From Candidatus Danuiimicrobium aquiferis (GTDB taxonomy: Bacteria; Omnitrophota; Omnitrophia; Omnitrophales; Danuiimicrobiaceae): a DNA stretch of 64,000 bases. Of this stretch, positions 9,712-19,344 are shown one piece after another. Location of the stretch: NCBI GenBank assembly GCA_001804285.1, contig MHFR01000068.1, positions 34,383 through 98,382 of the forward strand, read 5' to 3'. The position numbers and the translations under genes are program-made. Numbering within the stretch: position 1 is the stretch's first letter; each line of letters starts with the position of its first letter. Below the pieces are notes generated by a model. It saw nothing but the letters and a program-made list of their open reading frames with translations, was not told the origin of the DNA and did not search any database.

Positions 9712-9799
9712 GCCGGGATGGCGAAATTGGCAGACGCACAGGACTTAAAATCCTGAGGGAATTAACATTCCCGTGCCGGTTCAAGTCCGGCTCCCGGCA
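9712..9799 (+). tRNA. tRNA-Leu (anticodon TAA), CCA not encoded
   Basis: Acceptor GCCGGGA/TCCCGGC-A, D-loop AATTGGCAGAC, anticodon arm CAGGA-CTTAAAA-TCCTG, long variable arm, T-arm GCCGG-TTCAAGT-CCGGC. Confidence 0.97.
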
Positions 9800-9918
9800 G
9801 TATTTATTGTTAGGTTCTTCGGCTCATCCCGGCTCATCCCCAATAACAGGGGCAATGGCTAATTTAAGTTCATGTTTAACCGCATAAGATTTTCACGAGC
9901 AGATCTCGCAGTCCAATT

Positions 9919-10030
9919 CTAAAGTTCGTCAACCTCTATGCAATTTTTGCCCGACGTTCTTGCGCGGAAAAGTGCGATGTCAGCGGCTTTGATTAAATCT
10001 TTTAAAATATCCGATGATAACGCAGCACAT
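9919..10030 (-). pseudogene. C-terminal remnant of a GGDEF domain
   Basis: Minus-strand frame ...SSDILKDLIKAADIALFRARTSGKNCIEVDEL* matches the GGDEF terminal motif (LxxADxALYxAKxxGKN). No start codon or upstream domain. Confidence 0.7.
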
Positions 10031-10056
10031 GCTCTCTGTTTCTGCCGAATTTTTTA

Positions 10057-10084
10057 TTGTATAAATTTGGGAATAAGATAGAAT
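10057..10084 (+). promoter_or_regulatory. Putative sigma70 promoter for the etf operon
   Basis: TTGTAT-N16-TAGAAT. Confidence 0.4.
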
Positions 10085-10136
10085 ACGAAACTTATTAACG
10101 GAGTTATTCACCCATCTTCATGACGTATAAAAAAAG

Positions 10137-12041
10137 ATGAATTTTATTGTTTTGATTAAACAAGTTCCGGACGTCTCAAACATTCCAGAAGAAGCTTGGG
10201 ATAGGGAAAAAGGGACGCTTCGACGGAATATGCTTGATAATGTCTTGAATCCCCTTGATTTTCACGCCATCACGTTTGCCTGCCAGCTCCGCGAGAAATT
10301 TGGAGATGAGAGCGGAAAAGTGATTTGTCTTACCATGGGACCGCCGATGGCCAAGGAAGTTCTTCTTGACGGGATTGCGCGCGGTGCAGACGAAGCGATT
10401 TTGCTGACCGACAGGGCTTTTAGCGGGGCAGATACGATTGCAACGGCTTATTCACTGGCTCAATGCATCCGGAAAGTCGAACGGGAAATTTTTAACGGAA
10501 ATCGTGAATACATCATTATTACCGGGATGCAGTCCGTCGACGGTGATACGGCGCAAGTCCCGCCCCAAGTCGCGGAAGTGCTTGGGATGGAACAGATTGC
10601 GTATGCGCAGTCGTTTGATTTCGATAAAAGATTGGTTGTGAAACGCATCGGCCCTCACGGAATGGAATCCATTGTTCCAAAGCGATATCCCGTTTTGATT
10701 ACCACGACCGCATGTACGGAACCGCTTTACCGGTCATTTCACGGGATGCGGGGCGCGCGCGAAAAAACATTTCACCAATGGTCTGCCGCTGATATCCAGG
10801 TCGACCAAGATAAAATCGGCTTGAAAGGTTCCCGGACGCAGGTGTACCGGATTTTTTCGCCAAGTGAGGAAAGAAAAAAGGAGTGTTGTTTTCCAAAAAG
10901 CGTTGATGAATTGATCGATTTGATTGAGCAAAAGTATAAACAGGGTCCGGTGGCAGTTCAGGGGAAAGTGGGACAGGTTTACGCGATCGGGGATAAAAAG
11001 CCGAGTTATCATGGAGAACTTTGGGTTTATATCGAACAATGGAAAGGGCATGTTGCGCCGGTTTCTTACGAACTTTTGGCAAAAGCGCGCGAACTCGCCG
11101 TGCCGCTTAAAGAAAAAGTCGGTGCGGTTCTAGTGGGACATCAAATTTCTGGGATAGCGAAAGAAATGATTGCCCGCGGCGCTGATAAAGTTTATGTTGT
11201 AGATGATCCGCAGCTTGAATATTTTCTTCCGATGCCATATAAAAAAGCCGTTTCCAGCCTTGTGATTCAACACAAGCCGCAAATCATGCTGTTCGGAGCC
11301 ACGCCGCTCGGACGGGAACTTGCACCACGCGTTGCGTCAAGTTCGAATGCCGGATTGACGGCAGATTGTACGAAACTCGAAATTGAGGATTTCATCAAAG
11401 GCAAAGTTGAAATGATCGCCATTTTGAAACAAACGCGGCCGGCTTTGGGCGGAAATATTATGGCGACGATTATGACAAAAGACTGCGATACGCAAATGGC
11501 TACCGTTCGCCCCGGTGTATTGAAAGCAAATGAACCGGATCCTGCCCGGACCGGCGAAATCATTCCATTTAACATTCAAATAACGGCTGATGATATCCGG
11601 ACCGAAGTGATTGCCCGGGAGTCTTTAGTCGAAAAAGCAAGTTTGGCGCATGCGGACATTATTATTTCTGGCGGACGCGGACTTGGAACCAAATCCAGTT
11701 ACGATAAATTTATTCGCCCGCTTGCGGCCGCATTCGGCGAGATGTTTCCGGGGAAAGTTGAAATCGGTGCGTCCCGGATGGCTGTAGAAGACGGGTTTGT
11801 TCCGCATGAACATCAAGTCGGACAAACCGGAACGACAGTTCAACCGAAGTTGTACATTGCATTCGGAATTTCCGGAGCGGTTCAGCATATTTCGGGGATG
11901 CAGCAGGCTGAAATTATTGTGGTGATCAATAAAGATCCGGATGCGCGAATGTTTAATTACGCTGATTTAGGGATGGTTTCTGATTTTCAAACCGTGATTC
12001 CCCAGATGATTGAAGCGGTGAAGAGGAGAAAGAAATCGTGA
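10137..12041 (+). CDS. Fused electron transfer flavoprotein beta+alpha (EtfB-EtfA / FixA-FixB fusion)
   Basis: N-terminal half IKQVPD, TMGPP, GADTIATA, QSVDGDTAQVPPQ (beta); C-terminal half GLTADCT, TRPALGGNIMATI, QVGQTG, GISGAVQH (alpha). Confidence 0.92.
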   Translation: MNFIVLIKQVPDVSNIPEEAWDREKGTLRRNMLDNVLNPLDFHAITFACQLREKFGDESGKVICLTMGPPMAKEVLLDGIARGADEAILLTDRAFSGADTIATAYSLAQCIRKVEREIFNGNREYIIITGMQSVDGDTAQVPPQVAEVLGMEQIAYAQSFDFDKRLVVKRIGPHGMESIVPKRYPVLITTTACTEPLYRSFHGMRGAREKTFHQWSAADIQVDQDKIGLKGSRTQVYRIFSPSEERKKECCFPKSVDELIDLIEQKYKQGPVAVQGKVGQVYAIGDKKPSYHGELWVYIEQWKGHVAPVSYELLAKARELAVPLKEKVGAVLVGHQISGIAKEMIARGADKVYVVDDPQLEYFLPMPYKKAVSSLVIQHKPQIMLFGATPLGRELAPRVASSSNAGLTADCTKLEIEDFIKGKVEMIAILKQTRPALGGNIMATIMTKDCDTQMATVRPGVLKANEPDPARTGEIIPFNIQITADDIRTEVIARESLVEKASLAHADIIISGGRGLGTKSSYDKFIRPLAAAFGEMFPGKVEIGASRMAVEDGFVPHEHQVGQTGTTVQPKLYIAFGISGAVQHISGMQQAEIIVVINKDPDARMFNYADLGMVSDFQTVIPQMIEAVKRRKKS

Positions 12042-13621
12042 AAGAGATCGATGTCCTGATTATCGGTGCTGGACCCGCCGGCCTCGCGACTGCGATACGC
12101 CTCAAGCAAAGGTTGAATGCCGAGAAGAAAGACGCGTCTGTCGTTGTGATTGATAAAGAACCGAAACTCGGGTTTCATAATTTATCCGGCGGTGTTTTTG
12201 AAGCCGGCTGCCTTGATGAATTAGTTCCCGGTTGGCGCGAAGGTGAGGAATCTTTTTTTAAACAAACGGTTGAGATTCAAAACGACGAGCTTTATTTTTT
12301 GCTTCCCAAAGCGGCTTTTAAAATTCCTCATCTTGTGGTGCCGAAACTCATGAATCATATCGGAGATTACGCGGTTTCCGTCAGTCGAATGGCTATCTGG
12401 CTCGGAACGGTTGCGCAGAATTTGGGTGTTGAAATTTATTTGGGATTTTCCGCAAAAGAGCTTTTGATTGAAGATGGAAGGGTCAAAGGCGTAAAGCTGA
12501 TGGATTTGGGTCTTGACCGGGACGGAAAGAAGAAATCGAATTTTCTACAGGGTGAAACGGTTCATGCAAAAGTGACCGTTTTGTGCGATGGTTCTCACGG
12601 TGTACTTTCGGAACAACTTTCGAAATTATTGCCGCCGGCAAAAAATCCGCAAGTGTATTCGATTGGGGTGAAACAGCTGATTAAATTGCCGCCCGAAAGT
12701 GCATTTGGGAATAATCGCGCGATTCATACGCTTGGTTTTCCGAACCGTTTCGATGTTTTTGGTGGCGGTTTTATGTATAGCATGCCGGACAATATGATAG
12801 CGATCGGTCTCATTTTGGGGCTCGACTGGCCGTACGGCGATTTGAATGAGCAGCAGGAACTTGAGGTGTTCAAAACGCATCCTTTGATTGCGCGTTTTCT
12901 GAAAGATGGAAAAATTGTTGCGGCCGGAGCGAATACGATTCCCGAAGGCGGGTATTACTCGATTCCCAAATTGTTTACGAACGGCGCTTTGTTGGTAGGA
13001 GATTCAGCCGGTTTTGTGAATATGGAAAAAATCAAAGGAATTCATTATGCGATTCGGGGCGGAATGAGCGCTGCGGATGCAATTTTAGACGCGTTGACCG
13101 CGAATGATTTTACGGAAAAGATATTAGCAAAATATGAAATAAATTTGAAGGAGAGCGGTATTTTAAAAGAGCTTTATCACGCCCGGAATTTTCGGCAGGG
13201 TTTCAAGTACGGACTTCCTATCGGAATGCCGCTTTCTCAGATCCAAAGTTTTATTCCGTTCCCGATCAGTATCGAGGAAGATTATAAAGGCACGAAAAAG
13301 GGGAGACGGCTGAATCGAAAGAAACAAGACTCAATGGATCGCGCGCAGTTTGTTGCGTTGTCAGGTTCGTCGCATGATGAAAATCAACCGTCCCATGTCG
13401 CAATTCCCGATCCTGAGTTGTGTCAGCAATGCGGCAAGTTTTACGCTTACTCGTGTACGCATTTTTGTCCGGGGGAAGTCTACCGGCAAAAAGACGGAAA
13501 AATCGTATTGAGTCCTTCCAATTGTTTGCATTGTCAAACCTGTATAATCAAATGTCCTTTCCATAATATTACGTGGACACCCCCCGAAGGCGGCGAAGGC
13601 CCGAGATTTAAATATCTGTAA
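12038..13621 (+). CDS. ETF:quinone oxidoreductase / FixC fused to a FixX-like ferredoxin
   Basis: GAGPAGL, IPEGG, GDSAG, KGIHYA; C-terminal CQQC...C..FCP and NCLHCQTCIIKCP, then PEGGEGP. Confidence 0.9.
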   Translation: MKEIDVLIIGAGPAGLATAIRLKQRLNAEKKDASVVVIDKEPKLGFHNLSGGVFEAGCLDELVPGWREGEESFFKQTVEIQNDELYFLLPKAAFKIPHLVVPKLMNHIGDYAVSVSRMAIWLGTVAQNLGVEIYLGFSAKELLIEDGRVKGVKLMDLGLDRDGKKKSNFLQGETVHAKVTVLCDGSHGVLSEQLSKLLPPAKNPQVYSIGVKQLIKLPPESAFGNNRAIHTLGFPNRFDVFGGGFMYSMPDNMIAIGLILGLDWPYGDLNEQQELEVFKTHPLIARFLKDGKIVAAGANTIPEGGYYSIPKLFTNGALLVGDSAGFVNMEKIKGIHYAIRGGMSAADAILDALTANDFTEKILAKYEINLKESGILKELYHARNFRQGFKYGLPIGMPLSQIQSFIPFPISIEEDYKGTKKGRRLNRKKQDSMDRAQFVALSGSSHDENQPSHVAIPDPELCQQCGKFYAYSCTHFCPGEVYRQKDGKIVLSPSNCLHCQTCIIKCPFHNITWTPPEGGEGPRFKYL

Positions 13622-13663
13622 GTGTGAATTTTTCCGGTGCACATTAATCAGGAAATTCTTTGG

Positions 13664-13760
13664 TGTCATCCCCGCGCAAGCGGGGATCCAGCAGTGCAAA
13701 AGAACTATCGGATAGATTCCCGCCCGCCTGCCGGCGAGGCAGGCTTTCGCGGGAATGACA
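13664..13760. repeat. TGTC-tagged REP-like dimer with a nested 21-bp palindrome
   Basis: TGTCATCCCCGCGCAAGCGGGGATCCA...GATTCCCGC[CCGCCTGCCGGCGAGGCAGGC]TTTCGCGGGAATGACA. Confidence 0.9.
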
Positions 13761-13915
13761 AAGCGTGCAGAATTTTCACGGATAATAACTTCAAAACGTT
13801 AAACAAATACTGAAACTTGATAAACAAAAATAGATGCGTTGGGTGTATCTCGCGTATATAATGAATATCGGTATTATAATTTGAGGGGCAATCATTAATT
13901 GAAGGAGTTGAAGCT

Positions 13916-14770
13916 ATGAATACCTTTAAAACCATGTTGTTATTAACAGCGATGACGCTGCTTTTTATGTTTGTAGGCGGTGCGATCGGCGGGCGATCGG
14001 GGATGATGACGGCGTTCATGTTTGCCTGTATCATGAATTTAGGATCGTATTGGTTTAGCGATAAAATTGTGTTGGCGATGTATGGAGCAAAACCAATTTC
14101 TGAAGCCGAAGCCCCCGAAATTTATCGGATCGTGAATACCCTTTCTCAGAGGGCAAATGTTCCGATGCCAAAAGTCTACCGGATTCCGACGCATACGCCA
14201 AATGCGTTTGCAACAGGCCGGAATCCTCAGCATGCCGTTGTCGCCGTGACAGACGGGATTTTAGACATATTAAGCGAGGATGAGCTGGCAGGTGTCCTTG
14301 GGCATGAGCTTGGGCACGTGCAGCACCGTGATATTTTGATTGCATCACTTGCCGCAACAATTGCCGGCGCGATTAGCATGCTTGCTTCGATGGCGCGTTG
14401 GGCGTTTATGTTCGGTGGGATTGGAGGACGGGATCGCGAGAATAACGGTCATCCGATTGTTTTTTTGATTTCGGCGATTTTAGCGCCGATTGCGGCCATG
14501 ATGATCCAGTTAGCCATTTCGCGTTCTCGGGAATATGAAGCCGATAAAGCTGGTGCACAATTTTGCGGGAATCCGTTATTTTTGGCGAATGCGCTTCGGA
14601 AACTGGATGCCGGCGTAAAGCGGTTTCCAATGTCAAATGACAGTGCGACAACTGCGCACATGTTTATTGTCAATCCGCTTCGGGGCGGCGGTCTGATGAG
14701 TCTTTTCAGCACGCATCCCCCGATTGAAGAGCGGATTGCACGGCTTGAAAAAATGAGTTACGGCGGGTAG
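13916..14770 (+). CDS. htpX: Zinc metalloprotease HtpX (M48)
   Basis: [35 protein letters not shown]. Confidence 0.96.
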   Translation: MNTFKTMLLLTAMTLLFMFVGGAIGGRSGMMTAFMFACIMNLGSYWFSDKIVLAMYGAKPISEAEAPEIYRIVNTLSQRANVPMPKVYRIPTHTPNAFATGRNPQHAVVAVTDGILDILSEDELAGVLGHELGHVQHRDILIASLAATIAGAISMLASMARWAFMFGGIGGRDRENNGHPIVFLISAILAPIAAMMIQLAISRSREYEADKAGAQFCGNPLFLANALRKLDAGVKRFPMSNDSATTAHMFIVNPLRGGGLMSLFSTHPPIEERIARLEKMSYGG

Positions 14771-14775
14771 ACGAA

Positions 14776-15453
14776 ATGGCCAGCACTAAAGATTATTATA
14801 AAAGTTTAGGTGTTTCGGAATCGTCAACGGATGACGAAATTAAAAAAGCATATCGGAAACTCGCCGTTAAATATCATCCCGACAAAAATCCAAACAATAA
14901 GCAAGCAGAAGAAAAGTTTAAAGATATTTCCGAAGCTTATTATGTGTTGAGTGATGCCAAGCGGCGCAAAGAATATGACTTAATGAAGAAAGGCGGATTC
15001 CGTTCGGGTTCATTCCACGGCGCAGAAGGCTTTGATTTAAATGAATTTTTGAATGCGGTTCGCGGGCAACGCAGCGGCAGAAAAGGGTTTGGCAGTATTT
15101 TCGATGATTTATTTGGCGAGGATGTTTATTCCTCATCGCAAGGATTTCCGGGCGGGCAAGGCGGCTTCCGGGTTTATACAACGGGGAGTGATCAACCTTT
15201 TCACCAGACACAGGCTCAGAATGAAATGTTGGAAGAAATTGATACAGATATTGATTCGATCGTTTCCATTTCAAAAGATCGGGCATCGAAAGGCGGAAAA
15301 GTTGCGATCCGGAACCGGAGCGGCCAAACCATCAAAGTGGCGATTCCTAAAAACATAAAAGATGGTCAGAGGCTCAGAATTCAAGGTCAAGGGAATGTCT
15401 GCCCCTGTTGTAAAAAAAGGGGAGACTTGTATTTGGCAATTAAGATAAAATGA
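14776..15453 (+). CDS. DnaJ/CbpA-like J-domain protein with a shortened C-terminal domain
   Basis: KDYY..LGV, HPD motif, G/F-rich linker, single CTD ending [17 protein letters not shown]. Confidence 0.88.
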   Translation: MASTKDYYKSLGVSESSTDDEIKKAYRKLAVKYHPDKNPNNKQAEEKFKDISEAYYVLSDAKRRKEYDLMKKGGFRSGSFHGAEGFDLNEFLNAVRGQRSGRKGFGSIFDDLFGEDVYSSSQGFPGGQGGFRVYTTGSDQPFHQTQAQNEMLEEIDTDIDSIVSISKDRASKGGKVAIRNRSGQTIKVAIPKNIKDGQRLRIQGQGNVCPCCKKRGDLYLAIKIK

Positions 15454-15458
15454 AATGA

Positions 15459-15561
15459 GCGCTCAGCTTGCACCTGTCTGTAGACACAGGCGTAAGTTGA
15501 ATGCGCGAATTTTCCGCCACTAAAGCGTTAGAGGATCCGCCAACGTGGTGTGGGGATGACA
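15459..15561. repeat. Composite of degenerate palindromic elements
   Basis: Hairpin around CCTGTCTGTAGACACAGG (15473-15490), a TCCGCC..GGATCCGCC unit (15513-15541) and a REP end GGGGATGACA. Confidence 0.55.
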
Positions 15562-15577
15562 ATGAGTAGGCATATTA

Positions 15578-16150
15578 ATGACGAAAAGGTCTTTGTTGAT
15601 AAAAGTACTGTTAGTGTCGATCTTCATGATGGAAACGGTGTCTATCTCATTTGCAGCTCAACAAGGAAATATGGAGACACGTATGCATAAAATAATTGTG
15701 ACCAGCCCGGCGTTTAAAGATGGCGAAATGATGCCTGAAAAATACACCTGCGACGGCAAAAATATTTCTCCACCTCTTGAATGGATGGATTTACCCATAA
15801 ACACGGAAAGTATCGTTATTGTTGCCGATGACCCGGATGCGCCGATGGGAACATGGGTGCATTGGGTATTATATGATATTCCTCCTTCAGAAGTTTTTAT
15901 AGATGAAGATGTTCCGCCAGTGGGCGTTTTAAATAATGGGGCGACTCACGGAATGACGGATTTTAGAACGATGGGATATGGCGGTCCGTGTCCTCCGAGT
16001 GGCGTACACCGGTATTTTTTCAAGATATATGCTCTCGATGACTTCCTTCATTTGCCGCCCGGTGCGACAAAAGAGCAGATTGAAATGGAAATGGAAGGGC
16101 ATATTGTCGGATATGGCGAATTAATGGGGAAATATCAGAAGAAGCGGTAA
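15578..16150 (+). CDS. YbhB/YbcL (PEBP, Raf kinase inhibitor-like) protein with probable signal peptide
   Basis: YTCDGKNISPPL, DDPDAP, WVHW, GYGGPCPP..HRYFF. Confidence 0.93.
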   Translation: MTKRSLLIKVLLVSIFMMETVSISFAAQQGNMETRMHKIIVTSPAFKDGEMMPEKYTCDGKNISPPLEWMDLPINTESIVIVADDPDAPMGTWVHWVLYDIPPSEVFIDEDVPPVGVLNNGATHGMTDFRTMGYGGPCPPSGVHRYFFKIYALDDFLHLPPGATKEQIEMEMEGHIVGYGELMGKYQKKR

Positions 16151-16160
16151 AAAGTAAAAA

Positions 16161-19103
16161 GTGAAAAGGAAATCATTTCTTTTATCTACCATATTTATTT
16201 GTTTTGTTGGCGTTTATTCTTCCTGCCGGTCCAATTTCGATTTTCTTGTGAGTGATTACCGCTTTGTCCGCGAAGTGGGCGGTGTTCGCGAGTACGAACT
16301 TCAATCTAACGGCCTGCGTGTGCTGCTTGCCGAAGACCATTCCATTCCCGTTGCGACGGTGATGATGACATACCGTGTCGGCTCCCGAAATGAACCCGAA
16401 GGATTGCGCGGCGCGACGCATGTTTTCGAGCATGTGATGTTTAAGGGAACGGAAAAATATAATAAAACGCGAGGGACATCAATTCCGCAAGTTTTGGATC
16501 GTATCGGCGCTTTAATGAATGCGAGTACATGGTCCGACTATACATCCTATTATGAGATATTGTCGAGCGATGGACTTCCGCTCGTGCTCGATATCGAAGC
16601 GGACCGGATGCGTGGACTTCTTCTTGAAAAAAGCGGGTTGGATTCGGAGCGGCGCGTTGTCTTGAGCGAATTTGACCACCTTGAAAATTCTCCGTTGGTC
16701 ATTCTCGACCATGCGGTTCAAAAAGAAGCATTTTTGAAACATCCGTATCGCTTTCCGGTGATCGGCTTACGGACGGATATCGAAAATGTAACCGTTCGGG
16801 ATTTGCGAAATTTTTACGATACGTATTATTGGCCGAATAATGCGGTTCTTGCAGTGGCTGGTGATTTCAAAGAAGGGGATTTACTTCAGAAGATTATCAA
16901 TCTGTACGGCAAAATTCCGCATTCACCGAAAACTATTCCTGAGCCGCACATTCCTGAGCCTGAACAGCAGGGCCGCCGTTTTGTCAGGGTTGAAAAAGAA
17001 GATCGCATCAATGCGGTTTCGATGGTTTATAAATCACCGCGAGGGCAAGATCCTGATACGATTGTATTGGATTTGATCAGCGAAATTCTGAGCCGGGGAA
17101 AGGTGAGCCGTTTGTATCGCGCCTTGGTGGATGAAGGATTGGCCACGGAAGCCGGAGCCGAAGTAGCGAACCGTTACGATCCTGAATTTTTTGAAATCCA
17201 GGCCATTCTTTCCGAGAAAGCCGTGCATCAGGAAGTTGAAGAGCGCATTCTGAAGGTTCTTGATGATGTGAAAGCCGGCGGAGTGACGAAAGATGAACTT
17301 GAGTGGGCAAAAAACAATATCCGGGCACACGCGGCGTATGCACGGGACGGATCGTTTGCTTTTGTCCAGATGTTGAGCGAATTTATCGGTTCCGGTGAGT
17401 GGTCGTATTTTGAAGAGTATCTGAGCCGCATTCAAAATGTTTTGCTTGCAGACATTAAACGGGTAGCAAATCAATATTTTGTTTTCGAACGGCTGACAGC
17501 GGGTTATTTGGTTTCAAAGAAAACGGTCCCTCTTGTATCGATAATTAATTCAGATAACACTTTCTTTCCTCAAACGAATGGCATTGATGAACACATTAAA
17601 AAAAGTGCAGGAGAGAATGCTGTTATGGTTGTTGGTCAATCTGCCAGTGACTTGTCATTCCCGCGGAAGCGGGAATCCATGGATCCCCGCTTACAGCATG
17701 CGGGGATGACAGACGGTGGAACTGTGGACAATGCGAGTACTCTCAAAAATTCCGATCGTATAAGCTGCCGTTTGACGGACCGAATGAGAATAGAGTACAT
17801 CAATGGAATTAAAATCATCAGAGTTAAAACCGGTGTCCGGGATGTTGTGACGATTGCAGGATCCTTCGCCGGCGGAGGAACGGCCTATTCGGAAAATAAA
17901 ATGATTCCCACTCTTACCGTAGAAATGCTTGATAAGGGCACGCAAGGCCGTGATCAATTTGAAATCTCACGGCTTCTCACCAATGTGGGGGCGGAAATTT
18001 CATTTTATTACGATGAGGAACGGGCGGGGTTTAACGTCCGATGCTTAAAGAAAGATATTGCTCTCGTCATGGAGCTTTTGGCGGACGAGTTGCGGAATCC
18101 ATTGTTTGATGCGAAAGAATTTGAAAAACAAAAAGTGCGACGAGAGGTATCGATTCGTGAACAAATGAGTTCCGCTCCGGAGCAAGCGGCGATTTATTTC
18201 TCTCGAGCCGTTTATTCACCGGTCCACCCGCATTATAAAATTTCTTTGGAGGAGGAATTAAAGGAGCTGAGCAATATTTCTGTGAATGATGTGCGTAAAT
18301 TTTATAAAATGAATTATGGGTCGCAGAATATGGTATTTTCGGCCGTCGGAGATGTTGAATTTGGAGAATTTAAAAAAATAGCGGAAAAATATTTTGGCGA
18401 TTGGGAAATGAAAAATAATCCGGAGCAAACAGACGGTAAGGTGGCGGTGAACGGGGAGGGAATAAGAAAAGTGATCTCTATCCCGGACAAACCCAAGGTG
18501 GATGTGATCTTGGGCCACGGACTTCCTCTTGATCGAAAAAGCGAGGATTTCCTTCCTGTTTATCTTTCGAATTTGGTTTTGGGCGGCCCTTTCTCGTCGA
18601 GGCTTGTTTCAACGGTGAGGGATGAGAAAGGCTTGACTTATGCGATTCAATCCAAAATTTCAGGCGTCGAAAAAGGTATTCAAGGAGATTGGCGTATCCA
18701 TTTAATTTTAAATCCGGATAATTTAGAACAGGGAATTAATGAAACAAAAAAACAAATCGAGTTATTTCAGAAGAATGGCGTGACGCAAACAGAACTTGAT
18801 CAAATTAAGCAAACCGTAGCGGGTGAATTCAAAGTCAGCCTGTCCACGACAGGCGGTTTTTCGGCGCAAATATTGCGAAGCGAAGAACTGGGATTGGGCG
18901 TTGGATATCTCGATCAATTCCTTGATCTTATCAATCAAGTGACCTTGGATCAAGCGAATCAAGCGATCCGGAAATACCTTCATCCGGAAGCGCTTCATGT
19001 TGTGATTGCGGGAAGCGTGGAAGGGGAAATAAAAAGGGAAAAGATAAAACCCAATGTCCAAATCCCGATGACCAAGAAAAATTTCAATGTATCAAATCCG
19101 TAA
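16161..19103 (+). CDS. M16 (pitrilysin/PqqL-like) zinc peptidase, two-half fusion
   Basis: HVFEH inverted zinc motif, NAST, HPY; second half with SRL..VRDEKGLTY; N-terminal signal; REP inserted in the linker. Confidence 0.92.
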   Translation: MKRKSFLLSTIFICFVGVYSSCRSNFDFLVSDYRFVREVGGVREYELQSNGLRVLLAEDHSIPVATVMMTYRVGSRNEPEGLRGATHVFEHVMFKGTEKYNKTRGTSIPQVLDRIGALMNASTWSDYTSYYEILSSDGLPLVLDIEADRMRGLLLEKSGLDSERRVVLSEFDHLENSPLVILDHAVQKEAFLKHPYRFPVIGLRTDIENVTVRDLRNFYDTYYWPNNAVLAVAGDFKEGDLLQKIINLYGKIPHSPKTIPEPHIPEPEQQGRRFVRVEKEDRINAVSMVYKSPRGQDPDTIVLDLISEILSRGKVSRLYRALVDEGLATEAGAEVANRYDPEFFEIQAILSEKAVHQEVEERILKVLDDVKAGGVTKDELEWAKNNIRAHAAYARDGSFAFVQMLSEFIGSGEWSYFEEYLSRIQNVLLADIKRVANQYFVFERLTAGYLVSKKTVPLVSIINSDNTFFPQTNGIDEHIKKSAGENAVMVVGQSASDLSFPRKRESMDPRLQHAGMTDGGTVDNASTLKNSDRISCRLTDRMRIEYINGIKIIRVKTGVRDVVTIAGSFAGGGTAYSENKMIPTLTVEMLDKGTQGRDQFEISRLLTNVGAEISFYYDEERAGFNVRCLKKDIALVMELLADELRNPLFDAKEFEKQKVRREVSIREQMSSAPEQAAIYFSRAVYSPVHPHYKISLEEELKELSNISVNDVRKFYKMNYGSQNMVFSAVGDVEFGEFKKIAEKYFGDWEMKNNPEQTDGKVAVNGEGIRKVISIPDKPKVDVILGHGLPLDRKSEDFLPVYLSNLVLGGPFSSRLVSTVRDEKGLTYAIQSKISGVEKGIQGDWRIHLILNPDNLEQGINETKKQIELFQKNGVTQTELDQIKQTVAGEFKVSLSTTGGFSAQILRSEELGLGVGYLDQFLDLINQVTLDQANQAIRKYLHPEALHVVIAGSVEGEIKREKIKPNVQIPMTKKNFNVSNP
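17653..17711. repeat. Intragenic TGTC-tagged REP/RPE-like dimer (translated)
   Basis: TGTCATTCCCGCGGAAGCGGGAATCCATGGATCCCCGCTTACAGCATGCGGGGATGACA, read as LSFPRKRESMDPRLQHAGMT. Confidence 0.92.
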
Positions 19104-19161
19104 TTGGGTATTTATCTTTTTGGGATTTATTTGTGTCATTGAGATTTGGTCATTGCGCTTT
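19047..19161. repeat. Imperfect inverted repeat built from 7-nt units, overlapping the M16 stop codon
   Basis: AAACCCAATGTCCAAATCCCGATGACCAA versus TTGTGTCATTGAGATTTGGTCATTGCGCTTT. Confidence 0.7.
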
Positions 19162-19170
19162 TTAGAATCA

Positions 19171-19230
19171 ACAAAAAAGGGGACAGGCATATGACTCAAA
19201 TTGAGCAATTGCCTGGCCCCTTTTTTTTGT
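19171..19230. terminator. Bidirectional terminator-like hairpin (possibly a GGGGACAGGCA-type miniature element)
   Basis: ACAAAAAAGGGGACAGGCA...TGCCTGGCCCCTTTTTTTTGT. Confidence 0.65.
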
Positions 19231-19276
19231 GACTAATGTCTAGTGACAAATTTTTCGTTTCACAAAAACTTTCCCC

Positions 19277-19304
19277 TTTACATTATTTTTTTAATTTCTA
19301 TAAT
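19277..19304 (+). promoter_or_regulatory. Putative sigma70 promoter of the B12 operon leader
   Basis: TTTACA-N16-TATAAT, about 40 bp upstream of the riboswitch. Confidence 0.55.
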
Positions 19305-19344
19305 AAACAGCAGTTACAAATTGATCTTTTAAACATTCGCCTTT

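Noticed and set aside
9705-9887. 60-aa ORF
   Set aside because: It overlaps tRNA-Leu entirely.
13780-13915. CIRCE operator upstream of htpX and the J-domain gene
   Set aside because: No TTAGCACTC-N9-GAGTGCTAA seen.
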